A stretch of 64,000 nucleotides of DNA from Octopus sinensis. Lineage: Eukaryota. Numbering within the stretch: the first letter of the stretch is position 1; every line of letters starts with the position of its first letter. The DNA lies in the NCBI RefSeq assembly GCF_006345805.1, contig NC_042997.1, positions 118,792,001-118,856,000 on the forward strand, written 5' to 3'. A program made the translations under genes and the position numbers. A model generated the notes under the pieces. That model saw only the letters and a list, made by a program, of their open reading frames with translations. It ran no database searches and was not told where the DNA came from. Shown piece by piece: positions 13,554 through 27,437 of this stretch.

Positions 13554-14649
13554 CTAGCAGTAAGATATTTATTTTCAATTATCTCTTGAACAACATATGT
13601 CAGTTTTTAATTTCGGTTATACTAATGTTAAATACATAAGGAAAATCCGCGATATCATGATATATGTCGAAGCCTATCGAAGACAGCATCTATAGGAAGA
13701 CCATTTTGACTTCTTTTGGGAAAAGTTTTATAACATTTAAGTCAGTTAAGTATACGGAATAAGTACCTTTGGGATTATAATTTCTAAAGGTTAGACGGGA
13801 AGCATTTTGCATTAACGTAAAATTGATTATATGCTTTCAGGAGTTTAAAGTAGTTGGGGAATATCTGTTCTCCAAAGTTAATCTGTTTTAATCGCTATAA
13901 GCACATTGGATACGTGGATATATATTTCTCATTATGATAATGACAATGATTGTGTTGTAGGAAGATAAATATCAAATTGGTTATTGTTATAATTTTGAAG
14001 ATGATGATACCACTGAGGACAATGACTTATCACTTCCTTTGCCGATTGATTTCTCCTCTTTAATGTAAGCGACTCCATCATCAGTATCAGCATCACCTTC
14101 TCCATCACTTCATAATCTTCACCATCACATTCCCCGTACTTATCTCAATTCTCTCTCTCTCTTTTTTATATAAATACACACACATACATACACATATATC
14201 TTATCAGTTTTGTTTTGCAAATACCTGCATCCAGTTTGTGTAGGCCCCTCAGGCTCTTCGGAGGAATATTAAAAAGCTGTGGGCCCTTGAAACCAAGGCT
14301 GTTGCAGTAAATGATTCTGAAGCGCGACGACATTGCTGGAATCTTTGGCCCAGTTCAGTGGCGTGCGACCCAGCCTGGCATCTATGTGGGTTTCATTGCC
14401 AAAATTTGGCGCAATCCCCTCCAGGGTCTTCGAGAGGCGTATTACTGCATATCTCCTCCTCTGTCGCCCAGGAATATATATATATATATATCGATTAGAG
14501 ACATGTATACTCTGTATAGAATACACGTAGTGCTCAGGAGATTTTGACTTGAACAGGTTGAGGAGTATATGTAAGGACCAGCAAGTTAGGCAAGGCGATA
14601 TACAAAAAATAGTAAATACATTTAATACCAAAAATGTATATATGTATGC

Positions 14650-14684
<35 letters not shown>

Positions 14685-14696
14685 ATATACTACAAT

Positions 14697-15553
14697 ATTG
14701 GTTATTGTTATAATTTTGAAGATGATGATACTGATAGTACTGAGGACAAAGACTTATCACCTCCTTGTATATTTCCCTCCACTTTTAATTTTACTATCAA
14801 AACTACTACTCACTTCGGTATCACCCCGCCAATACCTTTTCTTTACCTTTTTTCTACCCATGCTTAATGCAGCACTGTCATATCACCCCTGTTCACATAT
14901 ATCATATTCTTTTACACCTTACTTCTCATCTCTTCCTATCTCTCCCCCTCTCCTATCCTCCCATCACATTATCTTGACCACGAAATAACACTCCTTTTCG
15001 CACTTCTTTCACCTTTCCTTCACATTTTTCACTCTTCTCACCCTTTGTATTTTCTCTCTCCCCTTTTCTATTTTCTTTTTTCTCTCTTCCTTCCTCTCAT
15101 TTCCGCTTCTTGTTTTATGTTTGACCTATGTACTCCTTCTAATTATTCGCATCTTTCCTCCCCCACATCTATCCAGAAATACTACTAATACATTCTCAAA
15201 TGTTCATTCAGACCACAAAACCTTTTCGATCGAGCAACACTGAACCCACAGGTCCATACTTTGAAATGACTAAACATGAACTGGTATTGGAACTTACATA
15301 CCGTGTACAGGAAACCTTTTTACCACTTCTATACACCATTTTCCTCGAATAATGGAACTGCAACAACAATATCTTCATATATATATCGTTTCTACTTTCA
15401 TTCTCTTATATCCCTCTATATCCTTTTTCCCTAATAATTTGAACTCAGATACTTCCTCTATTTAACCATCTCACACCGTCTCTGATGAAGGAATATCCAT
15501 AATATCCCAGAAACAGCAGTAAGACTATTTCCTTATAAATGTCCTGAAAACTT
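14697..15553 (+). mobile_element. Penelope-like 3' UTR/pLTR fragment carrying an HHR, interrupted by the RTE LINE
   Basis: Shares a pyrimidine tract, ggtattggaa, aataatgga and the HHR tail with 26620..27395. It resumes at 16961 (acagctttgga). Confidence 0.6.
15478..15525 (+). ncRNA. Minimal type I hammerhead ribozyme
   Basis: gtct-CTGATGA-aggaatat ccata atatccca-GAAA-cagcag-TA-agac; helix III is one change from the palindrome CAGCTG. Confidence 0.7.
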
Positions 15554-16951
15554 CATCATCATCATTGTTCGACCGTGGTCGAGACAATGGAATTTACCAT
15601 GCCACGCCAGACTTCACGGTCCATCATGGCATTACAGAGGTCCTGTTGCTGGATGCCTGTATCCCTGGGGATTACATCAGGGTAGGAGAGTGTGCGCCCT
15701 CTGGTATTGCGAGTAGATGGCCTCCAGAGGAGAAGAGTAGAAATTACTTCTTTTTCAGCTCTACAACAATGTCCAGCAAACTGGACTCTCCTACCTTTCA
15801 CAGGTGGTAGTTTCCCATATATTTGCATTTTGGTTGGATGGCGCTTCTACGAGAGGTTTTGAGCTCTCATAAGGAGGCGAGTGTAGGTTCCATCCAACCG
15901 CCTCTCAAGCTTCTTTGATATCGTCCAGGCTTCTGAGCCATATAGTAGAATTGGTTCGACTGTGGCTTTGAAGATTTCAAGTTTGAAGTCTCTACTTAGA
16001 TTTGATGACCAGATCTTATGCATGTAATTACAGGCTGACCAGGCCACACCCTTTCTTGTTAGAAAGTCTTTTCCAGATGATGATATGTATGACCCAATAT
16101 ATTTATAATCAGAAACCATATTTAAGGGCGCATTGTTGAGAGTATGGATGATGCAATCACTTTTGGACAGGCACTTGTTTATGTATTCAGTTTTGGCCTC
16201 ATTGAGGTAAATACCTATACAATTTGAGGCTTGTTCAAGAGATTGTAAAAGAGACTGGGCATTGGAGAGAGAATCACTGATAAGAGCGATGTCGTCAGCA
16301 AAGTCAGTGTCTGTCAAGTACTCAGCTGGGTGTCTGGAACTTCTTCTTGGTTTTATTTTAAAGCCCTTGCCAGAGATGGTATCAACTGACATACGTAGCA
16401 CATAATCAACAACAATGATGAAAAGAAATGGGGCGAGCGTGTCTCCCTGCAGTATTCCGGTTTTGATTGAGAAAGATGATGTTTCTCCGTCAGGGGTTAA
16501 GATGGTTGAAGACGTATCTGTGTAGAAGACCTTGATGGCAGAAATGATTTTGTCTGGTATCCCATAGAGCTTAAGGATTTCAAACATCTTGTACCTATCT
16601 ACATAATCGAACGCTTTAGAAAAGTCTACAAATACCATTGCAAGATCGCAATTAAATGATTTTGATTCTTCAATAAGTCTGCGTAGGCATAGTATCTGGC
16701 TCAGCGTTGAACGCCCATGTCTGAATCCATTTTGGTTCTTTCGGAGCAAAGGTTCAACAAAAAGGACAAGACGATTTAGGATCAGTTTGTTGTACAGTTT
16801 TGCAGCAATTGACATTAGAGATATACCCCTGTAGTTAGTGACGAGGGATAAATCGCCTTTTTGGGGTATTGGAATGATTTGAGATTGGTGCCAAATCTTT
16901 GGAGCAACAAAGGTGGAAAGTGTGTGGTTGCAGAGGTTGAGCAAAAGTGCG
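15554..16951 (-). mobile_element. 5'-truncated RTE-type non-LTR retrotransposon (RT domain)
   Basis: ORF 15847..16944 has NYRGISLMS, QNGFR, FVDFSKAFD, GILQGDTLAPFLF and DFADD. The C-terminus continues in 15562..15828. It has a (GAT)n tail and an imperfect TSD tgaaa(a/t)ctt. Confidence 0.92.
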
Positions 16952-17257
16952 TGAAATCTTACAGCTTTGGATTTGTTATCTCATTCTAATATATATATAT
17001 AAATTCTCTAAGGGAATGAAAAATAAAAATAAGAATATAATAAAAATAAAAAAAAATAATGTTCATTCACTTCGAGAATTTATCCCTAATTAGGGATTTG
17101 GACTTTAGCTGTTTCTTCTAGCGTAAGAGAGTCCTATGATGGATATCTCTTAATGTGTTTAAATGTACACTGTATTATATATATATATGTAGGTCCCGGG
17201 TTGATTCGGGCTTAACCACAGTAAATAAGGTACTCAATACATAGTAGAGTAAAATTA

Positions 17258-17389
17258 ATTTATTATATAGAAGGAGCTTCTACAGGACTAGAACTGTTTC
17301 ATTCAAGAGAAATCTTCAGGAAGCGCTTCCTGAAGATTTCTCTTGAATGAAACAGTTGTAGTCCTGTAGAAGCTCCGTCTATATAATAA

Positions 17390-17391
<2 letters not shown>
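17258..17391. repeat. 134-bp spacerless palindrome containing two antiparallel hammerhead motifs
   Basis: Centre is 17324/17325. The + copy 17325..17373 reads gcttc-CTGAAGA-tttc tctt gaat-GAAA-cag ttgtagtc ctg-TA-gaagc; the mirror copy is 17276..17324. Confidence 0.85.
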
Positions 17392-17451
<60 letters not shown>

Positions 17452-18294
17452 CTATATATGTATGCATGTATAAGTATAAAGTAAAAAAAGTAAAACGAAA
17501 ACTCACGGAAGTTTGTTTAAAGATATTTTTACTTTTTTTCTTTAATCGTTCAGGATAAGTGTTTATATATTTGTTATATTAAGTGATTTTTTAAAATAAA
17601 ATATTACCGGTTTCGATGTGTATATCAATCTTATGAAATATTATAAATTAAAAGCGAACAATTAGGAAATAAGAAAAAACTGGAAATTTAAACGGTTTTC
17701 TTCTTAAATTTTCTGTGTAGTTAAGAACATGTTTGATAATTTCTCTTAAGATTTCTCGCTATGTATTTTGTCATGGAGGTCAAGTGTTCAAGTAGCAAAT
17801 ATTCTATAGAAATGCAAATCAGACTTCTCTTATCAAAAATTCTATAATATTCAAAATATGGACAACTGTGTGTGCGCATTGTGGTAAATGTATTAAAGAT
17901 GATCTGCGAGGGTTTGGAGGAAATATCTTTTTTTTTAAACTTTGTGGTGCGTGTGTGTGTATGTGTGTTTTGACTTTTTATGATCTACTGTTTTGGAGAA
18001 GGTATTTCAGTGTAAAAAATTCGACTGAATAGAATAGTTTTTTTTTTATTCAATTCAGAATATGTACAGCTGAGTACATGAGTGTGTTTGTGTGTGTGTG
18101 CGTGCGTATGTGTGCGCACGTACGTATTGTGATAAATGTTTAAATAAGGAAAATGGAGTTAGGGATGGTCTTTTCTGTTTTACCTTGTGGTATTTGTGGC
18201 TGAAACTCTAAAAGCGAATAGAGTGAATCACTGGAACAAGTGCGCGCACGGAGGCGCGCACACACACACACACACATATGGACGTATATATATA

Positions 18295-18860
18295 TTGGGT
18301 TGTCCGGAAAGTTCGTGCCGAATTTTAAAGAAAGAAAAAGGTCAATAAATACTTGACATTACATTTTTAAATCAACCAAATATGAACCATTTTGTTGCAC
18401 AATGCGTCTCCATCTTTCTTTTAACTTGAAAATACCCTCTTCCCAGAATTGAGCTGGTTTCATGGCAAAGAATTCATCAAGGTATTTTTTTACGTCATCC
18501 AAGGAATTGAAATTTTTACCATTAAGACTATTCTGCAGAGACCTGTATAAGTGGAAATCCACAGGAGCAATATCTGGCGAATATGGAGGGTGGGGTAACA
18601 CATCCCAGCCAAGCTGCAGCAATTTGCGTCTGGTTCCCAAAGCATAAAGTGCCGCAAATGAGCTTTCTTATCTCCCATTTTAAACGGTTACTCAATTAAC
18701 ACAAATTATAGAAACATAAACCTTCTTCCACGAAAAGATAGCTTCAACTGTGCTCTAAATGGAGGTGTAGTCAAATCATATTTTATGGACTCAACCATGT
18801 TCTAAAATAAGTCGAAATGTAAGCTACTATAAATTGGCACAAACTTTCCGGATAACCCAA
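18295..18860 (-). mobile_element. Internally deleted mariner element
   Basis: TIRs ttgggttgtccggaaagttcgtgcc / ggcacaaactttccggataacccaa with TA flanks. ORF has HPPYSPDIAPVDFHLYRSLQNSL, and the N-terminus MGDKKAHLRHFML is fused to the C-terminus. Confidence 0.92.
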
Positions 18861-19116
18861 TAGTATCGATGTAACTGTAAGCTCCCGAGACGTTCGCTTT
18901 TTATGCAATTCAGTTCGCTTACACCACTAACTGTATTCAAAGCAGTATAATAGTAGCATAGACAAATAATATTACTCTTCAGTTAAGATGTACTTCAGAC
19001 GTAGTAATGAAAGCAAGGAGCAAAATGGGATCCTACCTCAATACAAATGACAATACTATTAAATACATTGTTACAGAGCCAGTATGAGGTCTTAAATATA
19101 AGGGAGGAATTTCGGC

Positions 19117-19299
19117 CTTTTAAAGGGTTACACAATTAACATAGGTTATAGGAACATAAACCTTCCTCCGGGAAAAGATGGCTTAAACTGTGCTGTAAAT
19201 GGAGGTGTATTCAAATCCTATTTTATGGACTCAACCGTGTTCTCAAATACATCGAAAGGTAACTACTATAAATCGGCACGAACTTTCCGGACAATCCAA
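19117..19299 (-). mobile_element. Second 5' end (TIR + leader) of the same mariner family
   Basis: Diverged repeat of 18677..18860, ending ggcacgaactttccggacaatccaa-TA. Confidence 0.85.
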
Positions 19300-20176
19300 T
19301 ATATTTTGTTTCGCTAACAGAAACAGTCAGTACTCGATCCAGTGAGAGATAAATATCATTTAATTTACTCTGTATTAATTTTTAGGCTGCTAATACTTTC
19401 TTTCCATTGAGATACGCTTCTAGGCGAATTTCTATAACGTGCCTAACCACGTGCCTCAATGGTAAGAAACTTTAATTCACTCTTATTTTAATATAGCGTG
19501 TGCTGCTGTGTGTATGTGTGTGTGAGTGTTCCGCACAACGCTTGACAACCAATTTTGTTTTTGTATGTCACCTTAACCTATCGGTTTGTGAAAAGAGACC
19601 GATAGAATTAATACCATACTTAACAGAATGTACTTGTGTACACATGGTCGACGACATCCAATGACTGAAACAAGTCATGATAAACAGATCGTAATGGAAC
19701 AATATTTCGAATTAGAGAAAGTAACTACCATACTAATTGTAATAGAAGATATAATAATGGCCAGAAAGGAAACAAAAATCAGGAGTAATGAAACCGTGGA
19801 AAGCAAATATAAGAAAAAAGAAAGAGAAGAGATTAAACCACTACAACAGAAGTGTTCACACTGAAGAGACAATCAAATATGTCGTTGTCGATGACAAATT
19901 GAAAATAGTAGCGTTTAAGTTGTTTCTAATTAATATTTATGATATAAATGGTCATTATTTTTCAGACGATTTCCAGAATAGACACAATTTTCTTTCACCG
20001 TGAAATTTTGAATAATGTGAGACAAGATAGAGTTTTCGAGTGATAATAATGTAATCAAATATTTAATACCGCTTAAATGAAAAATTATTAAACTAATTCA
20101 TTGAAAGGAAGATAAAGAAATTATTAAACAAATTTACCAAGCAAACGATTTCTGTTAAAATGTATCATGTAGTTAA

Positions 20177-20205
<29 letters not shown>

Positions 20206-20207
<2 letters not shown>

Positions 20208-20602
20208 CTCTTTTACTTATTTCATTCATTTGACTGCGTCCATACTGGTGCACCGCCTTTTAGTCGAGCAAATCGACGCCAGGACTTATCTTTGTAAGCC
20301 TTGTACTTATTCTATCGGTCTATTTTTCCGAACCGCTAAGTTACTGGGACATAAGCACACCACCAAACGACGTTGGTGTGGGGGGGGGACAAACACAGAC
20401 ACGCAAACACACACACACTTACATACATATATGCACATATACGACAGGCTTCTTTCAGTTTCCATCTACCAAATCCACTCGCAAGGCTTTGGGCGGCCCG
20501 AAGTTATAGTAGAAGACACCTGCCCAAGGTTCCACGCAGTGAGAATGAACCCGGAACCATGTGGTTGGTAAACAAGCTTCTTACCACATAACCACTCCTG
20601 CG
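20206..20602 (-). mobile_element. SINE family A, full-length
   Basis: tRNA-like head on the minus strand (GGAGTGGTTATGTGGTAAG...CCGGGTTCATTCTC), internal CA tract, and a tail shared with 1251..1502. Confidence 0.85.
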
Positions 20603-22621
20603 TTTATCTTTTATAAAGGATAAATTACCAATTTATAATTCGAATCCCTGAATTGAGTTGCAGATTGTAATAAAGGATTGTAGAGAATCGAAGTAGTCTA
20701 GTTGATATTTGGTTCTATTTTTCCTGTTTATGACACCGTGAACTGATTTAATCAATCTTCCCAGACTTATCTGGTACACATTGAATAATGATGACATTGC
20801 TAGCTTGTCTCGTATCATTTTTAGGGAAATGGATCGCCAGTACCAAAATCAATTCATTGTTTCAACGAATAGTTAGGCTAGAATTTAAATGAACATTTCT
20901 TTGGATGTATTGTGAATTGTTTGACATTTACATTTTTTATTTCCTCCTCTCTACTTCGGTGATAAATGTTATCGAACCTTTGACATCAGTTCAATTAAAG
21001 CATTTGCACAACAACACTGTCAAGTTATTTATTGTAGGTGCGATTCTCATAGTGAAATAATAATCAAACTTTTGTGTTCGTTTCTAAGTATAGTTCGCAT
21101 TGACGTATGCTCTCATCTCAACTACAGGTGTACTTTTGGAAAATATTGGAAACATTTGTCAGACGTCAACAATAAGTATGACTGATGACTTCTACCATGG
21201 CGTTAGCGTTGTTCTAGAGTTCTTTTACATATTGTGAACGATAAGTTCGAAAGTAAGTTTGTGTCATACCATTCTTTCAACGTTGTCTTCTGTAGATCCT
21301 CCGTCTATCCAAAATCATTTGCGGATATTACACATTAGATTGCCGTTCTGTGAAAGTTTGACAGACATCAAGGAAATATATTTCTTCCGAATGAGAACCC
21401 GGCAATTGTTTCATATTCATATACACTTTTATCTGTGTTGTGTCGACTCCCCCAGACGATGAAGTAGCCTAGCCCAATACATAGATATAGAGGGAGAAGT
21501 CTAGACGTCAGATAGTAGCAGTCAGACTAGAACAGAGTAGAGTGTACTAGAGTTGAGTAGTAAAGGCATCCGAACGTGCGACATAACAATCTGGAAACAA
21601 GGGTAATTTCCTTTTGGTTGCGGGACTAATCTCTCCAAGAGTAGTTGCAACAGCCATGATGTATTTCAAATGGAAGTCGCCGACTGGCTGAACATGGAAG
21701 AGTTAAAAAACACTACGTATGTTTTCGTGAATATGTTGCCTTCAATGTAGTTTATCTCTTATCATTCTCTCCAGGTGATTATGAAAAGCGTTGATGAGAA
21801 TTAGATGGTGAAGAGAAGCAGACGATGGCAAGAACGGGGCTAATCACCTTGCTTAGGGATGCGAAGCTGCACTAATTTTTATGGTAACGATCACGCCTGC
21901 ATCGTCTTCCAAAAGACATTTTCTCTGACAAGTTTCGTGTTATGTTGCACATACATATAAATCGATATATTTAAAGTCCTGCATTGAGCTTGTCTATTCG
22001 TGATCTACATTGACTGAAAAATAAATTGGTTTTTTAATAGTTCCTCATTTAACAATCATATCACGAAAAATAAGAAATAAAAACTGTAGTCCTCAGTTTC
22101 AGATACCTTAGAGGATAAAAAACGATATATTTTCTCGCTGTTCCAATTTAAATTTCCATATATTGATATTAAATCATATAGCTTTAAGTTGACCTAAAAG
22201 TTTATCTGTAGCAATACTGAGTAAAAGCTGTGCTAAACGTATTATGGACAGCGTACTTTAGAACGTTGGTCTCATAAAAAAAAGACTTCATTAAAAAATT
22301 ATATATTCGGACGCTGTATATGATTACAAATTATTCTAGAAGTTAGAGAATAATATATTCTTTTATTGTTTCAGGTTTAAATTTCTTCATAATTCTGAAA
22401 TATTCGAGTATTATATTCCACGAACACAACCTATAAATGTTCATACATACGCTCAAGTAGTAAAAGTTATGCAGATCAAAATTGAATATTTTATAAATAT
22501 AGACAAATATAGATAAGTGAATCAATGATGGAGCAACGTAATTTCTATCATCCATATTAGTTGAAATCAGATACTAACATTTTGCAGATATGACTTTTAA
22601 ATGTGATATTTTATGACACAC

Positions 22622-22908
<287 letters not shown>

Positions 22909-22911
22909 GCA

Positions 22912-24092
22912 CGAAGGTGGGCTGAAACTATCATCGGCTGACAACGAAGGACCGATGCTAGAGCTATAGAATCGAACATTATTTCCAGTACTTCTTATTA
23001 ACAACGGCAGTGGTTATGTCGAGGTAAACGGACATCTGACTGTTCAAAGAAGACTTCAAATGTAACTAGTACCGACGTCTTTTGAAAATTGACAAAATGT
23101 GGGATTGTAGTGTTTGTTAGGTATCTGCTGACAAATGGCTTAGCTTCCCCATGACACTTATACTGACATGTTTACTACGTTAGGGGACGGCCCCCTAGCT
23201 AAAGCAATGCAAAACTGGGCAACTTGATTTATGAGGGGAATGGAGAGTATTGAAGATGATCCAAAATTGGGATGTTCTTCATCTGACTGCCACTACCGAA
23301 AAAAACATTGATCCTATTCCTGCATGGTGATGAATAGTTGGCGATCACGTGAAAGGTTTGAGAATATTCTGCACAATGAACTGCACATGACAACGGTTCC
23401 TGCTCGGTTGGTGCCACGTCTTCCGACACTTAATTGACAGTGCACCAGGATGGAAACAAATCACAAGAAAATCTGACATTGTTTGAGGCAGATCCAACTG
23501 GTTTCCTTCACTGTTTCGAACCCAGGATGAGTGTTGTGTTTCTCACTTTGAGGAAGAGAAAGGGATCGATTCATGCAGTGAAAACAAACCATCTCACCTG
23601 CTTCAAAGAAGGCCAAGGGAATGTGGTGGCCTCAGTTACGGGGAAGCAAAATGCATTGTGTTTACTGAATATCATCAAAAATTCCACATCATCAATAGAT
23701 GAAGAAACACTCAGCAAAACCGACAAAGGGCTGTTGTTTCATCTAATCTATGGTCCAGCGCGCAAATCCTTGGTTGCAATGGCTAGAATGCAGGACTGTG
23801 GCTTTTGAATCGGGTGATGATATTGCCAGTTCTGATTTGGCCTCATCTGTTCCCCAACACAAAAAAATGGCAGTGAACCAGTATCTCAGTCATGATGACG
23901 TCATATCTGCTGATGATAATGTTCACCAACAAGATGGGATCCAAGCACTTTCGAAATGGGATCCAAGCACTGAAAAATAAATGGAAATGGGTTTTGGACG
24001 GCAATGGAGAGTATGTTGAAATACAAACCTCATTTGGTCACATTTCAAGGCCGTGGCTTGGTCAGCTTATGAACTTTTCAACTGACTCTTTT
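22912..24092 (+). mobile_element. Highly decayed mariner element
   Basis: Imperfect TIRs (gctgaaactatcatcggctgac / gtcagcttatgaacttttcaac), ~1.2 kb long, ARLVPRL (WVP-like motif) at about 23402, and a KWKWVLDGNGEYVE C-terminus. Confidence 0.7.
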
Positions 24093-24199
24093 GTATGTAT
24101 GTATGCATGTATGTATGTATGTATGTATGTATGTATGTATGTATGTATGTATGTATGTATGTATGTATGTATGTATGTATGTATGTATGTATGTATGTA

Positions 24200-25065
24200 T
24201 TGTAACTTATGAAGCTCTCATAAGTGCTACTGGTAACATGGAATCCAGAACAAGCTGTTCATGGCCAATATGAGGCCAATTTTTATCCCAACAGCCATCA
24301 AGAACAAGAGAAAAAACCGTGCTACGAAGCTTTTGAACAAACTCAAGCACCCCCTCCAACTGAGCATGCTTTTGTGTTTCTCAGACGAGAAAAAATTCTG
24401 CCAGTATCAAATGGTGAATACACAGAAAAACCGTTGGCTTGCCGCTTCCCTAAAACATGTTCAGAGAGTGACAAAACTCAAATATCCAGTCAACACCATA
24501 GTGTTTGGAGTGATCACTAATGCAGGTGGCGTTTTGCCTTCATTCATCTTTCCACCAAGGCCTCAGATTCAACACGTAGGTCTACATCAAGTGCCTGGAG
24601 ATGGTAGGGCGGTTGCTGCAAAATCCTATATCTGGCAACGGGACTCTGCGCCATGCTACACAAGTAGGAGAACCCAGTCATAGTGGTCAGCCAAATTCTG
24701 CTACCACGTCACCCCTAACATCTGGCCATCTAACTCTCAAGACTGCAAACTCACTGATTATCATATGTGGGGCGCAGTTGAGTGAGAGACCAACTATACT
24801 CCTTGTTGCACCAAAGATATACCGAAGGCAAGGATTATGGCAACATTCATCTGCTTAAACAAACATATCGTCCAGAAGAGTTGCAGGAAATTCCGAAGTC
24901 GTCTGGAAGCTGTGTTTGAAGCCAATGGCAATTTTATTGAATAAATTTACGCTTTCGTATTTCAAGATAGTTTTCTGTAATTTTGGTAAATATATCTGTT
25001 AAAAGGTGATGTCAGTGTTATTTTCATTTTTGCGTAATTTTGACAACAATTTATTCACCACAACC
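24200..25065 (+). mobile_element. Tc1/mariner DD37D (maT-like) transposase remnant
   Basis: FSDEKKF..QMVNTQKNRWLA, VFGVITNAGGVLPSFIF, WQRDSAPCYTS and WPSNSQDC..DYHMWG. Confidence 0.8.
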
Positions 25066-25829
25066 TATATATATATATATATATATGTATATATTTGCTC
25101 ATCATCTACATTACAATATTTTAATTAAGAAACATCCACAGGCTTAAATATTTATATCAGAGTGATTTTCATTTAAATTGCAATCATCTTATTTCTAAAC
25201 GCTTATGCACTTAAATACATGTTTGAATTTTCTTAACCACAGGGAATGCATTGTTTAACAAGAATATACGGATAGAGATATACAAACTGATGTGAAGAGA
25301 ACACAAAATTATCTTTATTGTAATACTACGTCCAATTTAATTTTGTTGCTAGGCAAAATAAGACTTTAATTATTGCACGAGATCTTCGCGGTCGCAACAA
25401 TTCGTTCGACCAGCTAAATGCATAATTTTTGTACACTGAATCTGAACTGACTCGGGGTTAAACAAAAACATGAAGAACATAACAAAAACCATATATAAAT
25501 CATCTCATCTAAAATTATCAATATTAAACGTGAAGCTGCATTTTAAGGGATCATTTAAAGTTCAAGCGTTATATCGACGCCAATTTAGTAGAGGTAATTG
25601 GTGGTGAGATGGTGTAACGGTTAATATCCTGCAAAATATAATCATTGGTATTTTACACACACGTGCGCGCGCGCGATCATACACACGCACCCACGCACAC
25701 ACACACAAACACATATATTCACACGCGCATACAGGTGTGAGTGTACGCGTGTGCATGTATGTGTGTCTATTAACTAAAGAAGTTGTATGCATACATATAT
25801 ATATATATATATGACAGTAAGACCCAAAG

Positions 25830-27395
25830 GTGTCAGGTAATGTTAAGAGCTATGGATAGACCATAGTTAAGCTCCAGGTTCGGTGATTATGCGAATAGGA
25901 GTCCCACGTAGGTCATATATCAGCATGAGTATATGTAATTTGCTTTTTCAGAATGCCGCTCACCTCCATTCTTTTAGATACGATAAACATAGTAAATCTA
26001 CAACACTCGCCAACCTCATACATCATCTCAAAAATACAAATATACCCTATAATCTAACATGGTCCATACTGGACTCAGGTCTTCCCTGCCGAGACACTTG
26101 ACATATTAAAGCACAACTCTCTAACACTGCTAGATAAACATAATGACGCAGCAAGCACATGCAACCACCACTTTTCACACATTCTAATTCTACCACAAAA
26201 CCAAATGCCTAAACGACCATACAGTATATTTCAAAAATGCCCCTCAGGTAATCCCAATAACTTTATAAATCTAGACTTTAAATCTTAATACCTATCTAAC
26301 ACCTCACTCATACTCGAATATCACAACCACCTATATTCGTGTGTATATGTGTGTATGCATGTGTGCGTGTATGTGTATGTGTGTGTATGCGTGTACCTAT
26401 ATATGTGTGTGTGTGTGTGAATGTATGTATGTATGTAAGGTATATATACCTGCGTGGAAGGGGCAATAATACATAGATACACGTATATATGGGTGTGCAT
26501 GTGTACATATACATATGAATACGAGTTGTATATGTAGATAATGATACGTATAAACATCTCTCTAAATATATATATACATATCTAATATATACATATGTAT
26601 ACATCTTCACATATTTATTTTCTACTACTAAGCATTGACCTGTCCATCCACCTAATCTATATTCCTAAATTCTTCATTCCATACTACTACCCCTGTCTCT
26701 GCCCCATCACTTAGACTCTATCACTACATAACTGACACTCCTTTACCTTTTACTTTATGATACCTCTCTCTATATATATATCACCCCATTCCTATCTTTT
26801 TACACTCTAAAACATTTCTCCCTCTATCACCCTCATCTCCCCATTCCTACTTTCAAATTATCTTCACTGACCACTTGACTGGTACACTTTCCCTTATTAT
26901 CACTCTCCTTTTTCTTTTTTCTTTTTTCTTTCTCTTCTTTATTCCTCTCTTCCTGTTATTTTTCTTCCTTTTTTCTTCTTTTTCCTCTTTTTTCTCTTTT
27001 CATTATCACTCTCTTTCTGTTTTCGATTTGACCTTACAGATACATTCCCTACTTTTAGGTTGCTCTAAATAAAACCCTTGATTCAATAGCAGTGTACAAT
27101 CTCTATACTTGGAATGACCAATTTTAAATACTATTCGATTTTACTCACAAGGTATTGGAATCTTATATGTATAACACTCTGCCTAAATAATGGACTTACA
27201 AATGGAATATCCCTGCATATCTCACATCTATTTTCATTCCTCCACATCACCCTCTATTTGGTATCTTATCTAAATTAACTATTGCTTAACACCTTTCTCA
27301 CATCTTCTCCGGTGAATTGATATAATAAATATCCTGAAAACAGCTGTAAGACGTTCTATTTATAAGTGTTCTAAAATCTTCACAGCCTTGGAAAA
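25830..27395 (+). mobile_element. Penelope-like 3' fragment: GIY-YIG remnant, 3' UTR and decayed HHR
   Basis: ORF 25883..26101 SYISMS...HLHSFRYDKHSKSTTLANLIHHLKNTNIPYNLTWSIL resembles the PLE endonuclease C-terminus. A GAAAACAGCTGTAAGA HHR tail lies at 27336..27351. Confidence 0.65.
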
Positions 27396-27437
27396 AATTG
27401 TATATACATACACACACACATATATGCACACACACAC

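Noticed and set aside
21080-21590. Possible gypsy gag remnant and short TG..CA LTR
   Set aside because: Similarity is too weak, with no second LTR, PBS or TSD.
27305-27353. Active hammerhead
   Set aside because: The core has decayed to CCGGTGA; retained only as a relic of the 15478 family.
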